Virus record (IMG/VR): IMGVR_UViG_3300035180_001680
Strand: one strand, 5' to 3'
Length of the DNA: 64,000 nt
Source: a virus
Lineage: Duplodnaviria > Caudoviricetes
The notes under the pieces were generated by a model, which was not told the DNA's origin, made no database searches, and saw only the letters and a program-made list of their open reading frames with translations. Below are positions 20,069-28,361 of the stretch, in pieces. Each line of letters begins with the position of its first letter. Positions within the stretch are counted from its first letter, which is position 1. The position numbers were made by a program, and so were the translations under genes.

Positions 20069-21157
20069 TTACACAGTAGTGTAATCGAACTGCTCTTCAA
20101 ACCACTTGCCGTTTTTGCGGTAAGACAGAATATGGATTTCAGGTTCTCCAACAATCGCTGTTGTTTCCAAGTTATAACCCGATAGCGGATTGATAATTTC
20201 CCATACCCTGCAGTCACTGTCAGGTCTTGCTGCTCTTCCAATGACTTGATTTAGAAGGGGGTAACTTGCAAACGTTCGTCCTAGTAGGACACTCTCACAT
20301 TTTTTAACATCAACCCCCTCACTTATACGTGAACAGTTGACCACGAAGTTGTATTGACCTGCACTAAAGTCGTCGAGGATCTGGTCAAGCTCACGACTGG
20401 GTTGGCTGTCAACGAAAACAGACTTGTAACCGAGAGATTGGATATAATGATGAATCTCACTGGCTTCTTTCTTCGTTCTCATGAAAACCATTGTCTGACC
20501 CATCAGATGGATGTAGCCATCGAGAATGTCTTTGACCACACGAGTTTTATTCTTTTCAGGAGCGTCAACAAATGAATAGATTTTAGTCGGAGCAAGAAAA
20601 CCTTCTTCAACTGCCTGTTGACGAGAGATTGGTTCAATGATCTCTTCAAATTTGATCAAACAACCATCAGCTCGGTCAGGTGTAGCCGTCAAACCAATAA
20701 TCACTTTATCACCAACCTTTTCAAGTTGATACTGAATGGACATCATTGCTTCGTGGTGCGCTTCATCGAGACAAGCAATATCCCACTGTAAGTCTTTGGG
20801 AATATCAGAGAACGCTGATTGGGTTATGATTTCAACATTCTCTGCTGCAGCATATGTAAGTTCCGCTTGAGACAACAAACGACGTTTGTGAGCAATGAAT
20901 AACAACCGAAGTTTCCGACCATTTTCAATGTTTAGGACTTTACGAATTCGAGGTGACGTAAAAATCAAACCTGAAGTGACAGTCTTACCAGCACCAGTGG
21001 GAAGGACTACGAGAATCCTCTTTTTATTTTGTTCCATAGCCATCTCGACAGCATGCAGAGCGGCAAGTTGAAACCAACGACTTTTCTTTTCACCAAAGAA
21101 AATTTCTTCGTTAAACTCTTCTTCGTTTGTTACTTCATCATTTTCGAAGACAGACAT
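20069..21157 (-). CDS. SF2 DExH helicase (ResIII / UvsW-like)
   Basis: LPTGAGKT, DEAHH, GLTATPDR, EGVDV, QVIGRAAR. Confidence 0.92.
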   Translation of the reverse strand: MSVFENDEVTNEEEFNEEIFFGEKKSRWFQLAALHAVEMAMEQNKKRILVVLPTGAGKTVTSGLIFTSPRIRKVLNIENGRKLRLLFIAHKRRLLSQAELTYAAAENVEIITQSAFSDIPKDLQWDIACLDEAHHEAMMSIQYQLEKVGDKVIIGLTATPDRADGCLIKFEEIIEPISRQQAVEEGFLAPTKIYSFVDAPEKNKTRVVKDILDGYIHLMGQTMVFMRTKKEASEIHHYIQSLGYKSVFVDSQPSRELDQILDDFSAGQYNFVVNCSRISEGVDVKKCESVLLGRTFASYPLLNQVIGRAARPDSDCRVWEIINPLSGYNLETTAIVGEPEIHILSYRKNGKWFEEQFDYTTV

Positions 21158-21278
21158 AAATTACTCCGTTGGTTGAACAGAAGACATTGTCCCATACATT
21201 GACGAAAAAATCAACTCATGAATCTTGGTTCCTTACAATCAGGGGAGGGCTACTAGTAGCCCTCCCCTTCAAGTTGCA

Positions 21279-21668
21279 TTACGCAGTCAGACCGAACAGG
21301 CCCATTACACGCTTGATACCAGCTTCACGGTTGGCAAACTTCTTGACAGGCTTTTCAGCTTTGCCGTTGTAGGTCGCGACCAGAGTCTTGGTGTCCATGG
21401 CGGCGATAGCTTCAGCAGTCATTGCGTTCTTCTTGGCACGAGGGGCCTTGGGCGTCTTGGGGGCCTTCACAGCCTTTTCCTTGACATCGGAACCGTCCAG
21501 CTTCCACTTACCACTTGCCACGTTGGACAGGTAGGTGGATGCACAAGCGACCGAAATACCCACTTCCTTGGCCAATTCAGCAACCACTTGACCACGCTTG
21601 GCATCCTTGAAAGCCGAATTGCTCTTCAGGGCCACATACTTTACAACGAAATCATTCTTCTTAGACAT
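21279..21668 (-). CDS. Small basic protein with an HTH-like 'A.TY..N' domain (paralogue of 44090-44518)
   Basis: GISVACASTYLSNVASGKW; K/A/P-rich linker; C-terminal TLVATYN..KKFANREAGIKRV. Confidence 0.7.
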   Translation of the reverse strand: MSKKNDFVVKYVALKSNSAFKDAKRGQVVAELAKEVGISVACASTYLSNVASGKWKLDGSDVKEKAVKAPKTPKAPRAKKNAMTAEAIAAMDTKTLVATYNGKAEKPVKKFANREAGIKRVMGLFGLTA

Positions 21669-21732
21669 TTGATTCTCCTTACGGTTTGGTTAACAACAAG
21701 AACATCTTACCCTATATCACAAACAACGTCAA

Positions 21733-22137
21733 CTACTTTTTACTACCTACTTCAAAATAATTCAGAACATCTTTCCAGGTGCCCGACACAACAGGGGCCT
21801 CAAAACCGTTGTCCCGACAATACACTTCGGACAGACCAATCTTCGAATTGTGACCATTCTTGGGACAGATGTTGTAGATCACATCACCAGTAATCACGTC
21901 ACTGATTCGAATATCGTCATATAACTTACCCATTACGGGACAGTTATTCTTGTACCACACATACATTGTATCAACATCAATTTTGGGTGACTTCGCAATC
22001 TTGCGAACCTTCGCATCAAGAGACTTCTGTTTTGCGACAAGGGCCTTGTCACTACAGAACCAATCGTAAAAATTGTTGCAGCGAGCGAAACTACTCGAAG
22101 AAGGATCTTCCAAATATTTTGCAAGTGTTGCAGTCAT
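21733..22137 (-). CDS. Conserved phage hypothetical protein
   Basis: FYDWFCSDKAL, VWYKNNCP..G.LYDDIRI motifs. Confidence 0.7.
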   Translation of the reverse strand: MTATLAKYLEDPSSSSFARCNNFYDWFCSDKALVAKQKSLDAKVRKIAKSPKIDVDTMYVWYKNNCPVMGKLYDDIRISDVITGDVIYNICPKNGHNSKIGLSEVYCRDNGFEAPVVSGTWKDVLNYFEVGSKK

Positions 22138-22185
22138 TTTTGTTCCGTTTGTTTAGTCAGTAAGACTATTGTCTCACAATTGGGG

Positions 22186-22416
22186 TCATTTGTCAACATC
22201 TATACTACAATTGAGAAAAGAAACAAGAGCTTCCAAAATTTCAGTTACATGGAACACGGAACCGGCATCTGACCAGTTCAACTTATTCGGTTCTTCTTCA
22301 AGAGTAGCTTCAACTTGTTCCAATTCAATCTCGATTAACTGTATAGCTGCCCGAGATTCAGCAATACGAGTTCGAATCGCAGTTTCTAGTGAAACAGATT
22401 GGGGGAAATGTTTCAT
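22186..22416 (-). CDS. Hypothetical coiled-coil protein
   Basis: Start MKHFPQ at 22416; NWSDAGS motif. Confidence 0.55.
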   Translation of the reverse strand: MKHFPQSVSLETAIRTRIAESRAAIQLIEIELEQVEATLEEEPNKLNWSDAGSVFHVTEILEALVSFLNCSIDVDK

Positions 22417-22426
22417 TTTGGGTTCC

Positions 22427-22717
22427 TTAATCATTAAAGAGTAAAACAGTAACGCCCACCAGTTCTGGGTTTTGTCGAATTGAGTTTTCGGTTGGGACGA
22501 ATAACCAGTACAGTATATCGTTATCAACATCTCGAACTTCATCTTCTTCGACAAAGACAACTTGTTTGCCAGTCTTATCACTTACCATCGTGAACCCAAC
22601 ATCACAAGCGTCAGGGTAAACGCGTTCCATCCGGAAACCTTTACCCAAACTAGAGATTTCAGAGATAAATTGTTTATCACATTTGCGGTAGGTGAAACGA
22701 CTTGAGTTAACTAACAT
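22427..22717 (-). CDS. Hypothetical protein
   Basis: 96 aa with an AAAGG site upstream. Confidence 0.6.
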   Translation of the reverse strand: MLVNSSRFTYRKCDKQFISEISSLGKGFRMERVYPDACDVGFTMVSDKTGKQVVFVEEDEVRDVDNDILYWLFVPTENSIRQNPELVGVTVLLFND

Positions 22718-22785
22718 TTTGATACCTTTGTTGATTTAGTGAGAACACTATACCACAAAAGGTAAAGGAATACAACAGAATAAAA

Positions 22786-22861
22786 TGGTGCTGTGTGTCG
22801 GATTTGAACTGACGACCTCATGCTTACAAGGCAAGTGCTCTACCAACTGAGCTAACACAGC
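22786..22861 (-). tRNA. tRNA-Thr(UGU)
   Basis: 76-nt cloverleaf, anticodon loop CTTGTAA, TTCAAAT T-loop, encoded CCA. Confidence 0.92.
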
Positions 22862-22868
22862 ATAAATT

Positions 22869-22945
22869 TGGTCGGACATGTAGGATTCGAACCTACGACC
22901 CTTTGCTCCCAAAGCAAATGCGCTACCAGGCTGCGCTAATATCCG
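22869..22945 (-). tRNA. tRNA-Pro(UGG)
   Basis: 77 nt, C1-G72 pair, loop TTTGGGA, TTCGAAT T-loop, CCA. Confidence 0.95.
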
Positions 22946-23242
22946 AATATCTAACTAATAAAATATAACTCAGAAATGATTGGCCTGTGTTTCCAATCCA
23001 CTATGGGTTTACCAGCGCTCTTTCGAGTTGGTTTCCACGTCTGCCAGCGCATGTCGTGCTGAGTTATTAAAGCACCTTCATAGCGACCAGTCTGGAGGGT
23101 TCACCTCAACAAAAGGTTAGCCTCTTTCTCCTGCCAGAGCGAACGATTATTGAAATTCCATGGCAGTGGCTATATCGTTTATCGTTCCTTGTACTACTCT
23201 ATTATATCAGACCTTCGCTATAAAGGCACTTTAATTTTATTT

Positions 23243-23318
23243 TGGAGCGGTGTGTCGGTCTCGAACCGACGGCCTCGAACTTGGAAGGATCGCGCTCTAC
23301 CTACTGAGCTAACACCGC
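23243..23318 (-). tRNA. tRNA-Gly(UCC)
   Basis: 76 nt, loop CTTCCAA, U73 discriminator, CCA. Confidence 0.93.
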
Positions 23319-23332
23319 AATAATACTATTTA

Positions 23333-23405
23333 TGGAGCAGGAAAGTTGGGATTGAACCAACTTCTTTAAGGTGGACCCCTAACGCATTCAATATGCTATT
23401 CCCGC
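23333..23405 (-). tRNA. Atypical tRNA-Gly(UCC)-like gene
   Basis: GCGGGAA/TTCCTGC acceptor stem plus TCCA, normal TTCAATC T-loop, but anticodon loop GGTCCAC lacks U33 and the D-arm is short. Confidence 0.65.
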
Positions 23406-23483
23406 AAAAAGGTATTTCAGATTCGGGGCGATGTTCCCGATAAACGCCTCAAATGAGTTTCTGAAATACACAAAAATGTATTT

Positions 23484-23617
23484 AGTAAAGAATGTAAGAG
23501 GAATCGAAACCTCCAACAGCGACGGTGCGCTGCCTGTAGCCTTGGGTAATTCGACTGGCCAATCTTATTACCTCACATTAGTTCTGGATTGCAGCCCAAA
23601 ACCTAACATTCTTTACT
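23484..23617 (-). ncRNA. Candidate tRNA-like structured RNA (about 134 nt)
   Basis: 12-bp terminal stem, T-arm GAGG-TTTCGATT-CCTC just before the 3' strand, variable-arm-like hairpin; directly behind a TTGACT-N17-TAAAAT promoter. Confidence 0.45.
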
Positions 23618-23723
23618 ACATACACATTTTATAGCAATCTATTTATAAAGTCAACAAAAAGTTTTGGTCTCTATATCCGGTAATCTTGTGAACTACCCAA
23701 TTGTTCAATGGGGGTAGTTCACC

Positions 23724-23828
23724 TTAGATCATATTAATGGAATAAATGATGATCATAGATTAGAGAACTTGAGAACAGTTTGTCCTAAATGTGATTCATT
23801 ATTACCAACTTTTTGTTGTAAAAACTAA
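23724..23828 (+). pseudogene. HNH endonuclease remnant
   Basis: LDHINGINDDHRLENLRTVCPKCDSLLPTFCCKN*; no start codon, and the 5' part is replaced by a hairpin. Confidence 0.75.
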
Positions 23829-23839
23829 AAGTTAAAAAA

Positions 23840-24159
23840 TGGTGCCCCGAGCCAGATTTGAACTGGCACGCTCGAAAGCGAGGGATTTTAAGCGGTTGTG
23901 TCTCGAAGTTTCCTTCAAGCCCGGACTATCTCTTTACCTTCAACATTATTTGGTCAGGTAATGGGCGTTCAAAGCTGGTTATTAAGAGGACTAAACCTCT
24001 CCAGTAGTCTCTACACCTTCAAGTGATGTATCACTTGCTTGGCTCGCGATTGCCATTTTAAAGGCTCTCCCGAATTAACCCATAGTTTACTCAAAGTTTC
24101 CAATTGAGGGGGACTAGCGTCATGCGATCCCTTGTGTCTACCAATTTCACCATCGGGGC
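23840..24159 (-). tRNA. tRNA-Leu(UAA) interrupted by an intron (exons 24127-24159 and 23840-23892)
   Basis: 5' exon GCCCCGATGGTGAAATTGGTAGACACAAGGGAT; 3' exon CTTAAAATCCCT, variable arm, T-arm, CACCA; closely resembles E. coli leuZ. Confidence 0.9.
23893..24126 (-). mobile_element. Group I intron, 234 nt, no ORF
   Basis: Core elements P (AATTCGGGAGA), Q (AATCGCGAGCC), R (GTGTAGAGACTA), S (AAGAGATAGTCC); P3 ATGGG/CCCAT; GAAA-capped P9; terminal G; P1 GGGAT/GTCCC with a U.G pair. Confidence 0.88.
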
Positions 24160-24275
24160 ATTAAATTATAAAAGAACAGTCACACCAAAAACATTTACTT
24201 CTGAGTCATTCTTCTAACTCCTTCTTTACTGGGAGACTATTATATATTAAGTATCCCATAAAGTCAACAAAAATT

Positions 24276-24351
24276 TGGTGGGCCTGGAGGATTACGATAC
24301 CTCGACCTTGGCGTTATGAGCACCCTGCTACTTCCTCTGAGCTACAGGCCC
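24276..24351 (-). tRNA. tRNA with CAU anticodon (Met or Ile2), atypical T-loop
   Basis: 76 nt, loop CTCATAA, CCA end; T-loop reads ATCGTAA instead of TTCRANY. Confidence 0.8.
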
Positions 24352-24359
24352 AAACTTGT

Positions 24360-24590
24360 TTAGTGTTCCAAATAAGAACCTTCAGCTAGAGTACATATCT
24401 GATTGAACGGTTCCCTGTGAGTAGCTATATTGTCAGGTAACGCATACCTAAAGTTGTTCCAGAACTTACAAACTTCTTCCGGAGTTGTGGGTTCAGGTTC
24501 ACCTTTTTTACATACGTTGAACAAAGACACATAGTAATCATATGCATACACAGCTTCTACAGTTTCTTGATGAAGTTTCAAAACGTTCAT
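24360..24590 (-). CDS. Hypothetical protein
   Basis: Coupled ORF; FWNNFRYALPD motif. Confidence 0.6.
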   Translation of the reverse strand: MNVLKLHQETVEAVYAYDYYVSLFNVCKKGEPEPTTPEEVCKFWNNFRYALPDNIATHREPFNQICTLAEGSYLEH

Positions 24591-24772
24591 TTGTTAAACC
24601 TTTCAAGTAAGTTTTGTGCCAATTCAACTCGGCCGACATCAACGCCACCACTGAAGGCATCATCGACGTTACCACCAGCATAATCATCAACAATGAAGTC
24701 TTCTTCATCTGTATCCCAGCATCCACCATCGATAATTTTTTGTAAAAAGTCCACTAATTCTTGTTGCATCAT
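24587..24772 (-). CDS. Small acidic hypothetical protein
   Basis: YAGGNVDDAF.GG...G..ELA motif. Confidence 0.6.
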   Translation of the reverse strand: MMQQELVDFLQKIIDGGCWDTDEEDFIVDDYAGGNVDDAFSGGVDVGRVELAQNLLERFNK

Positions 24773-24777
24773 ATGAT

Positions 24778-25158
24778 CTACTTGGTTTTGAAATTTTTGA
24801 TGTTCGCTTTAACGACACTGTGTTCCAACAATCCCTTCAAATACTTATACTCTTTTTTAGCAGCCTTAAAGTACCCCGGATCATCACCTTCGTCCGTGCT
24901 CATTACAGCTAAAGTGTAAGGAGTCCCTTCACAATACTGTTTCCCTGTATCAATACAGATAGGACAGTGTTTGCAATCATCAGAGCGATCCTGGCCTGTT
25001 GTCTGTGGAGAGTTAGAATATGTATTAAATTCTGCACACAAAGGACAGCTAGAAATTCCTCGGTCTAAATCTTGATTGCCGTTCTTAATCTTTTTCCATT
25101 TCTTGATAGATTTTTCGAGTGCTTTGTAAGTCTTCTTGTTCAACATAAACACTTTCAT
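24778..25158 (-). CDS. Hypothetical Cys-rich (zinc-binding) protein
   Basis: CPLC, CKHCPIC, C; start MKVF at 25158. Confidence 0.65.
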   Translation of the reverse strand: MKVFMLNKKTYKALEKSIKKWKKIKNGNQDLDRGISSCPLCAEFNTYSNSPQTTGQDRSDDCKHCPICIDTGKQYCEGTPYTLAVMSTDEGDDPGYFKAAKKEYKYLKGLLEHSVVKANIKNFKTK

Positions 25159-25159
25159 T

Positions 25160-26167
25160 TTAACCTCTTCCGTATTTAAAAAGATATTCATTGCTGACAG
25201 CCTTCCAATGTTCTCGTCCATTAACTTGCTTGTATACTTCTCCTTCTCGGAGTTTACCAGTAAGTTTACTCGTTCCATCTGCCATTGACAACACATCTTG
25301 AACAGAAGTTTCAGGTGGAAACACATACTCTTCGTGAATTACAGGGACGTGCTTAAGTCCAAGGTCTTCACACAATTGACGCCGCTGGTTAGGGGAAAGA
25401 AAACATCCCAACTTAATGTCATATATCGCGAACACGTAGAAGTCTTGACCCTTCAACCCATAATGGTTACCCTGTATACCTTCTCCGATAATTTCACCCT
25501 GAATAATGATATCATCCAAGCCCGTTTCAATCAACCGCTGTTCGATGTTATACTTACGAGCTTGAGCCCACAAAGAGTTACCTTCAGTTTCTCTCAAGTT
25601 CAAGTTCCGAGAACATACGATGAACTCACCATCAATTCGACCGACAGACATCGAGCTACCCTCAAGCTTCTCAGTAACCTCATAAGTTAGTTGCTTCAAT
25701 TCTTCCCAGTTACTAGTGAGATTCTGAATTCGTTCTTCATCTGTCTTGGGAAATACAGATGGAAAAGCTCCCTTAACTACACCAGCCAGCTGAGCTGGGA
25801 TTGGAGGTTCGTACTTGACGATGCCAAGGAGGTCGGTGACATCTTCACCCTCATTGAACACCAACATGGATGTGGGGATGGGGAGAACAAGGCCCTGACT
25901 CAATTGCCCCCTCAATCGAACGGTGCGCAGACGTTCCCCAGAGATACCTTCGTATACAAAAGGAGTTTTATCACCTTTAGTCAGGAAAGGGGCAATGTCG
26001 TGTGGGATGAAGCTATCAACTTCACAGTATATTACAAGGTTACCAGGTTCAAATTCACCTTTTTTGACGACGACTTTCCATCCTCCAAGCAACGCAACTT
26101 CAATAGCGTCAGCATCAGGGATAGGTTGAATGTCATCGATTTTTCGAATAGTAGCAAGATGTCGCAT
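25160..26167 (-). CDS. RNA ligase, DRB0094 / Rnl2-like family
   Basis: N-terminal LATIRKI..I.PIPDAD.IE..GW.VVVKKGEF; motif I TEKLEGSS; QGEIIG, EGEV, KAVSNEYL. Confidence 0.92.
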   Translation of the reverse strand: MRHLATIRKIDDIQPIPDADAIEVALLGGWKVVVKKGEFEPGNLVIYCEVDSFIPHDIAPFLTKGDKTPFVYEGISGERLRTVRLRGQLSQGLVLPIPTSMLVFNEGEDVTDLLGIVKYEPPIPAQLAGVVKGAFPSVFPKTDEERIQNLTSNWEELKQLTYEVTEKLEGSSMSVGRIDGEFIVCSRNLNLRETEGNSLWAQARKYNIEQRLIETGLDDIIIQGEIIGEGIQGNHYGLKGQDFYVFAIYDIKLGCFLSPNQRRQLCEDLGLKHVPVIHEEYVFPPETSVQDVLSMADGTSKLTGKLREGEVYKQVNGREHWKAVSNEYLFKYGRG

Positions 26168-26280
26168 TAAAACTCTCTTCAGTTGAGTTAATGATTATCT
26201 ATCAACAGTAGATAATAGTCAACCCTCGTCTTCACTGTCGTCTTCAGGTAACCAGTCTTCGTCCGGGTGATATGACATAA

Positions 26281-26487
26281 TCATTTCACTGAAACGACGT
26301 AGCCGTCTTTAACGGTAGCTGTCGCATACCACTTGTGGGGTTCAGGGTAATGAGGACCTTCCAAAGAAACAGTCCCATTTTGGTTAACTGGAAAAGGACC
26401 AGGACTGAATACACCAATCTGCTTACCTGCAGCCAGTGCTTCTTTCAATGCTTTCTTCGTTTTGAAGTTAATAGTTGTGTATGCCAT
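26281..26487 (-). CDS. Conserved small phage protein
   Basis: NFKTKKALKEA..GPHYPEPHKWYA motif. Confidence 0.7.
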   Translation of the reverse strand: MAYTTINFKTKKALKEALAAGKQIGVFSPGPFPVNQNGTVSLEGPHYPEPHKWYATATVKDGYVVSVK

Positions 26488-26503
26488 ATGTATCTCCTAG
26501 TAA

Positions 26504-26719
26504 TCAAAAGTAATAACGACGAGTTCCATCAAACTCGGGATGAGAGGTATCTCGTGTATCCAAATATGCAAACCCTTTATAGTTTCCTGTTTGGAATAAG
26601 ACCTCCTCAAGAGCAAGCGATATCCCAAGGCGAACGTCTTTTGTGCCATTCCGATCCCCTTCAAGGTGACTATTCGCCCATGTTCGTACAAATTCTACTC
26701 CAATCGTTGAACGTGCCAT
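26504..26719 (-). CDS. Hypothetical protein
   Basis: 71 aa; LEEVLFQTGNYKGFAYL motif. Confidence 0.6.
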   Translation of the reverse strand: MARSTIGVEFVRTWANSHLEGDRNGTKDVRLGISLALEEVLFQTGNYKGFAYLDTRDTSHPEFDGTRRYYF

Positions 26720-26734
26720 AGTGTTTCCTAGTAG

Positions 26735-27364
26735 TTAACTTACAACTTTAGGTTTCCGACCTTTCTTGGTACCTTCAGTGATATCACCAGCAGCCTTTTT
26801 CATGTTATACAGATATGTGGTCGCACCTGCTTTGGACATATCAAGTTGACCAATGAACAAAGCAATGATTTCTTGATTGGACTTACCACGATTCGCTTCG
26901 TAGATCAGTTTGGCCGCTTCTTGTTTCAAACCTTTCTTTGGCTTGACCGTTTGGCCATTTACCTGTTTACGAGTAAGCAAAATCTCTTCAGTTGGAACGT
27001 TCAAGATCTCATCAGCAGTTGGAATGTCTTTGATCGTGCTCTCAACATTCGGGTCATACCAAGGAAAATTGATAAAGAATTCAACAACCTTTCGTTTGAC
27101 CACTTTCGTCAATTCTTCAGGGTCAACAACAAATCCATCAGCATGAAGTTTAACAGCTTCCGTGATCATATATCGAAGAGCAACATTGGCTTCTTCGTTG
27201 TTTTCCGTTGGAAATGTGACTCCAAACAATTTATGAATCTCTTTTTCAGCGATTTTTGGAGTTATGTGACGCTCTGTGTACTTGTCATTCACTTCACGAG
27301 CACACTTGAAGTATGAGTGGACATCATAACCAGCATCAATTAGATTCTGTATCACGGTTGACAT
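26735..27364 (-). CDS. Hypothetical protein with a C-terminal HTH-like 'AG(A).TY..N' domain
   Basis: C-terminal LKQEAAKLIYE...QLDMSKAGATTYLYNMKK. Confidence 0.75.
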   Translation of the reverse strand: MSTVIQNLIDAGYDVHSYFKCAREVNDKYTERHITPKIAEKEIHKLFGVTFPTENNEEANVALRYMITEAVKLHADGFVVDPEELTKVVKRKVVEFFINFPWYDPNVESTIKDIPTADEILNVPTEEILLTRKQVNGQTVKPKKGLKQEAAKLIYEANRGKSNQEIIALFIGQLDMSKAGATTYLYNMKKAAGDITEGTKKGRKPKVVS

Positions 27365-27409
27365 ATTGATTCCTTGTTTGAATTTCAGTAAACAATACCC
27401 TATTTTGAA

Positions 27410-27637
27410 TTAGACGTCAACAGACTTAACTGCAATCTCCAACAATTCTTCAACGCGACGCATTTCACTTCCACTTCGTTTTGGAGGAGCTTCATAAGTT
27501 CGGTGTACCCGAAACCCCAAGCGACAAAACGTATCTTCAAACTGGTCTGTAAACGACCGACAACCCACAACCACTCTCACTACATTGGAAGTGTTTTTGG
27601 AATCCGATACATGGAGTACGTCCGTCTTTTGAATCAT
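27410..27637 (-). CDS. Hypothetical protein
   Basis: 75-aa ORF in the minus-strand operon. Confidence 0.45.
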   Translation of the reverse strand: MIQKTDVLHVSDSKNTSNVVRVVVGCRSFTDQFEDTFCRLGFRVHRTYEAPPKRSGSEMRRVEELLEIAVKSVDV

Positions 27638-27646
27638 ACACTATTC

Positions 27647-27844
27647 TTAAAAATCGTCACCGAAACAACCATAGTCTTCGTCCGTACCAAAGCCTGCTGA
27701 TGCCATCCCTGAATCAAAGTCGCCATCAAGGTCGTCATCAAATTCAGGTTCATGCTGCTCATCACAGCCCTCTTCATGATAGACATACCAATCGTTCATC
27801 AGTACACCATATTCATCGTCGACGAGATATTCTTCGTGTTCCAT
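27647..27844 (-). CDS. Small acidic hypothetical protein
   Basis: C-terminal SAGFGTDEDYG motif; AAGGA site; last gene of the minus arm. Confidence 0.65.
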   Translation of the reverse strand: MEHEEYLVDDEYGVLMNDWYVYHEEGCDEQHEPEFDDDLDGDFDSGMASAGFGTDEDYGCFGDDF

Positions 27845-28056
27845 TTAGTGTTCCTTTCTTAAGTCAACAACAACATTATATAGTATTGTGGGGCAAAAGT
27901 CAACGAATCAATTAGGGTAATAAGAATTCCATACCCTTCCACTCCTGTCCCCCACCGGTAAGGCTATTATCTCACAAATAGGGTAAAAGAACAACAGTTG
28001 ATTTATTACACAAGATGAGAGACAATTGTTACATTGAATGAACAACAGAGAAAAAG

Positions 28057-28296
28057 ATGCCCAAACAACTCAACGATTATCTTGAACTCAATAGCATGTA
28101 TTCGTTTGAATCGGATTCGGGTGTCCGGCGATTCAAAAAGTTGATTCAAGAAGTGTGTGGTTATGGTTCTTTGGAAGAATTTCTTGCTGACAATCCAGGA
28201 GCTATTAATAGTTTGGTTGAGTTCATTGATGAATGGATTCCTCGGAACGACGAATGGCAAAACAATATAACGAATCTGACTACCTTCGAAGAATAG
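28057..28296 (+). CDS. Hypothetical protein, first gene of the plus arm
   Basis: EFLADNPGAI..L.EFI..W motif. Confidence 0.65.
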   Translation: MPKQLNDYLELNSMYSFESDSGVRRFKKLIQEVCGYGSLEEFLADNPGAINSLVEFIDEWIPRNDEWQNNITNLTTFEE

Positions 28297-28300
28297 TTGG

Positions 28301-28328
28301 TTGACTTTTGGGTTAAACGTAGTATAAT
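28301..28328 (+). promoter_or_regulatory. Sigma70-type early promoter (representative)
   Basis: TTGACT-N16-TATAAT. Confidence 0.7.
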
Positions 28329-28361
28329 TACTATATTGAAACGACAAACGGAGTAAACAAA

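Noticed and set aside
21225-21893. 222-aa + strand ORF
   Set aside because: Antisense to two better-supported minus-strand genes that have ribosome-binding sites and promoters.
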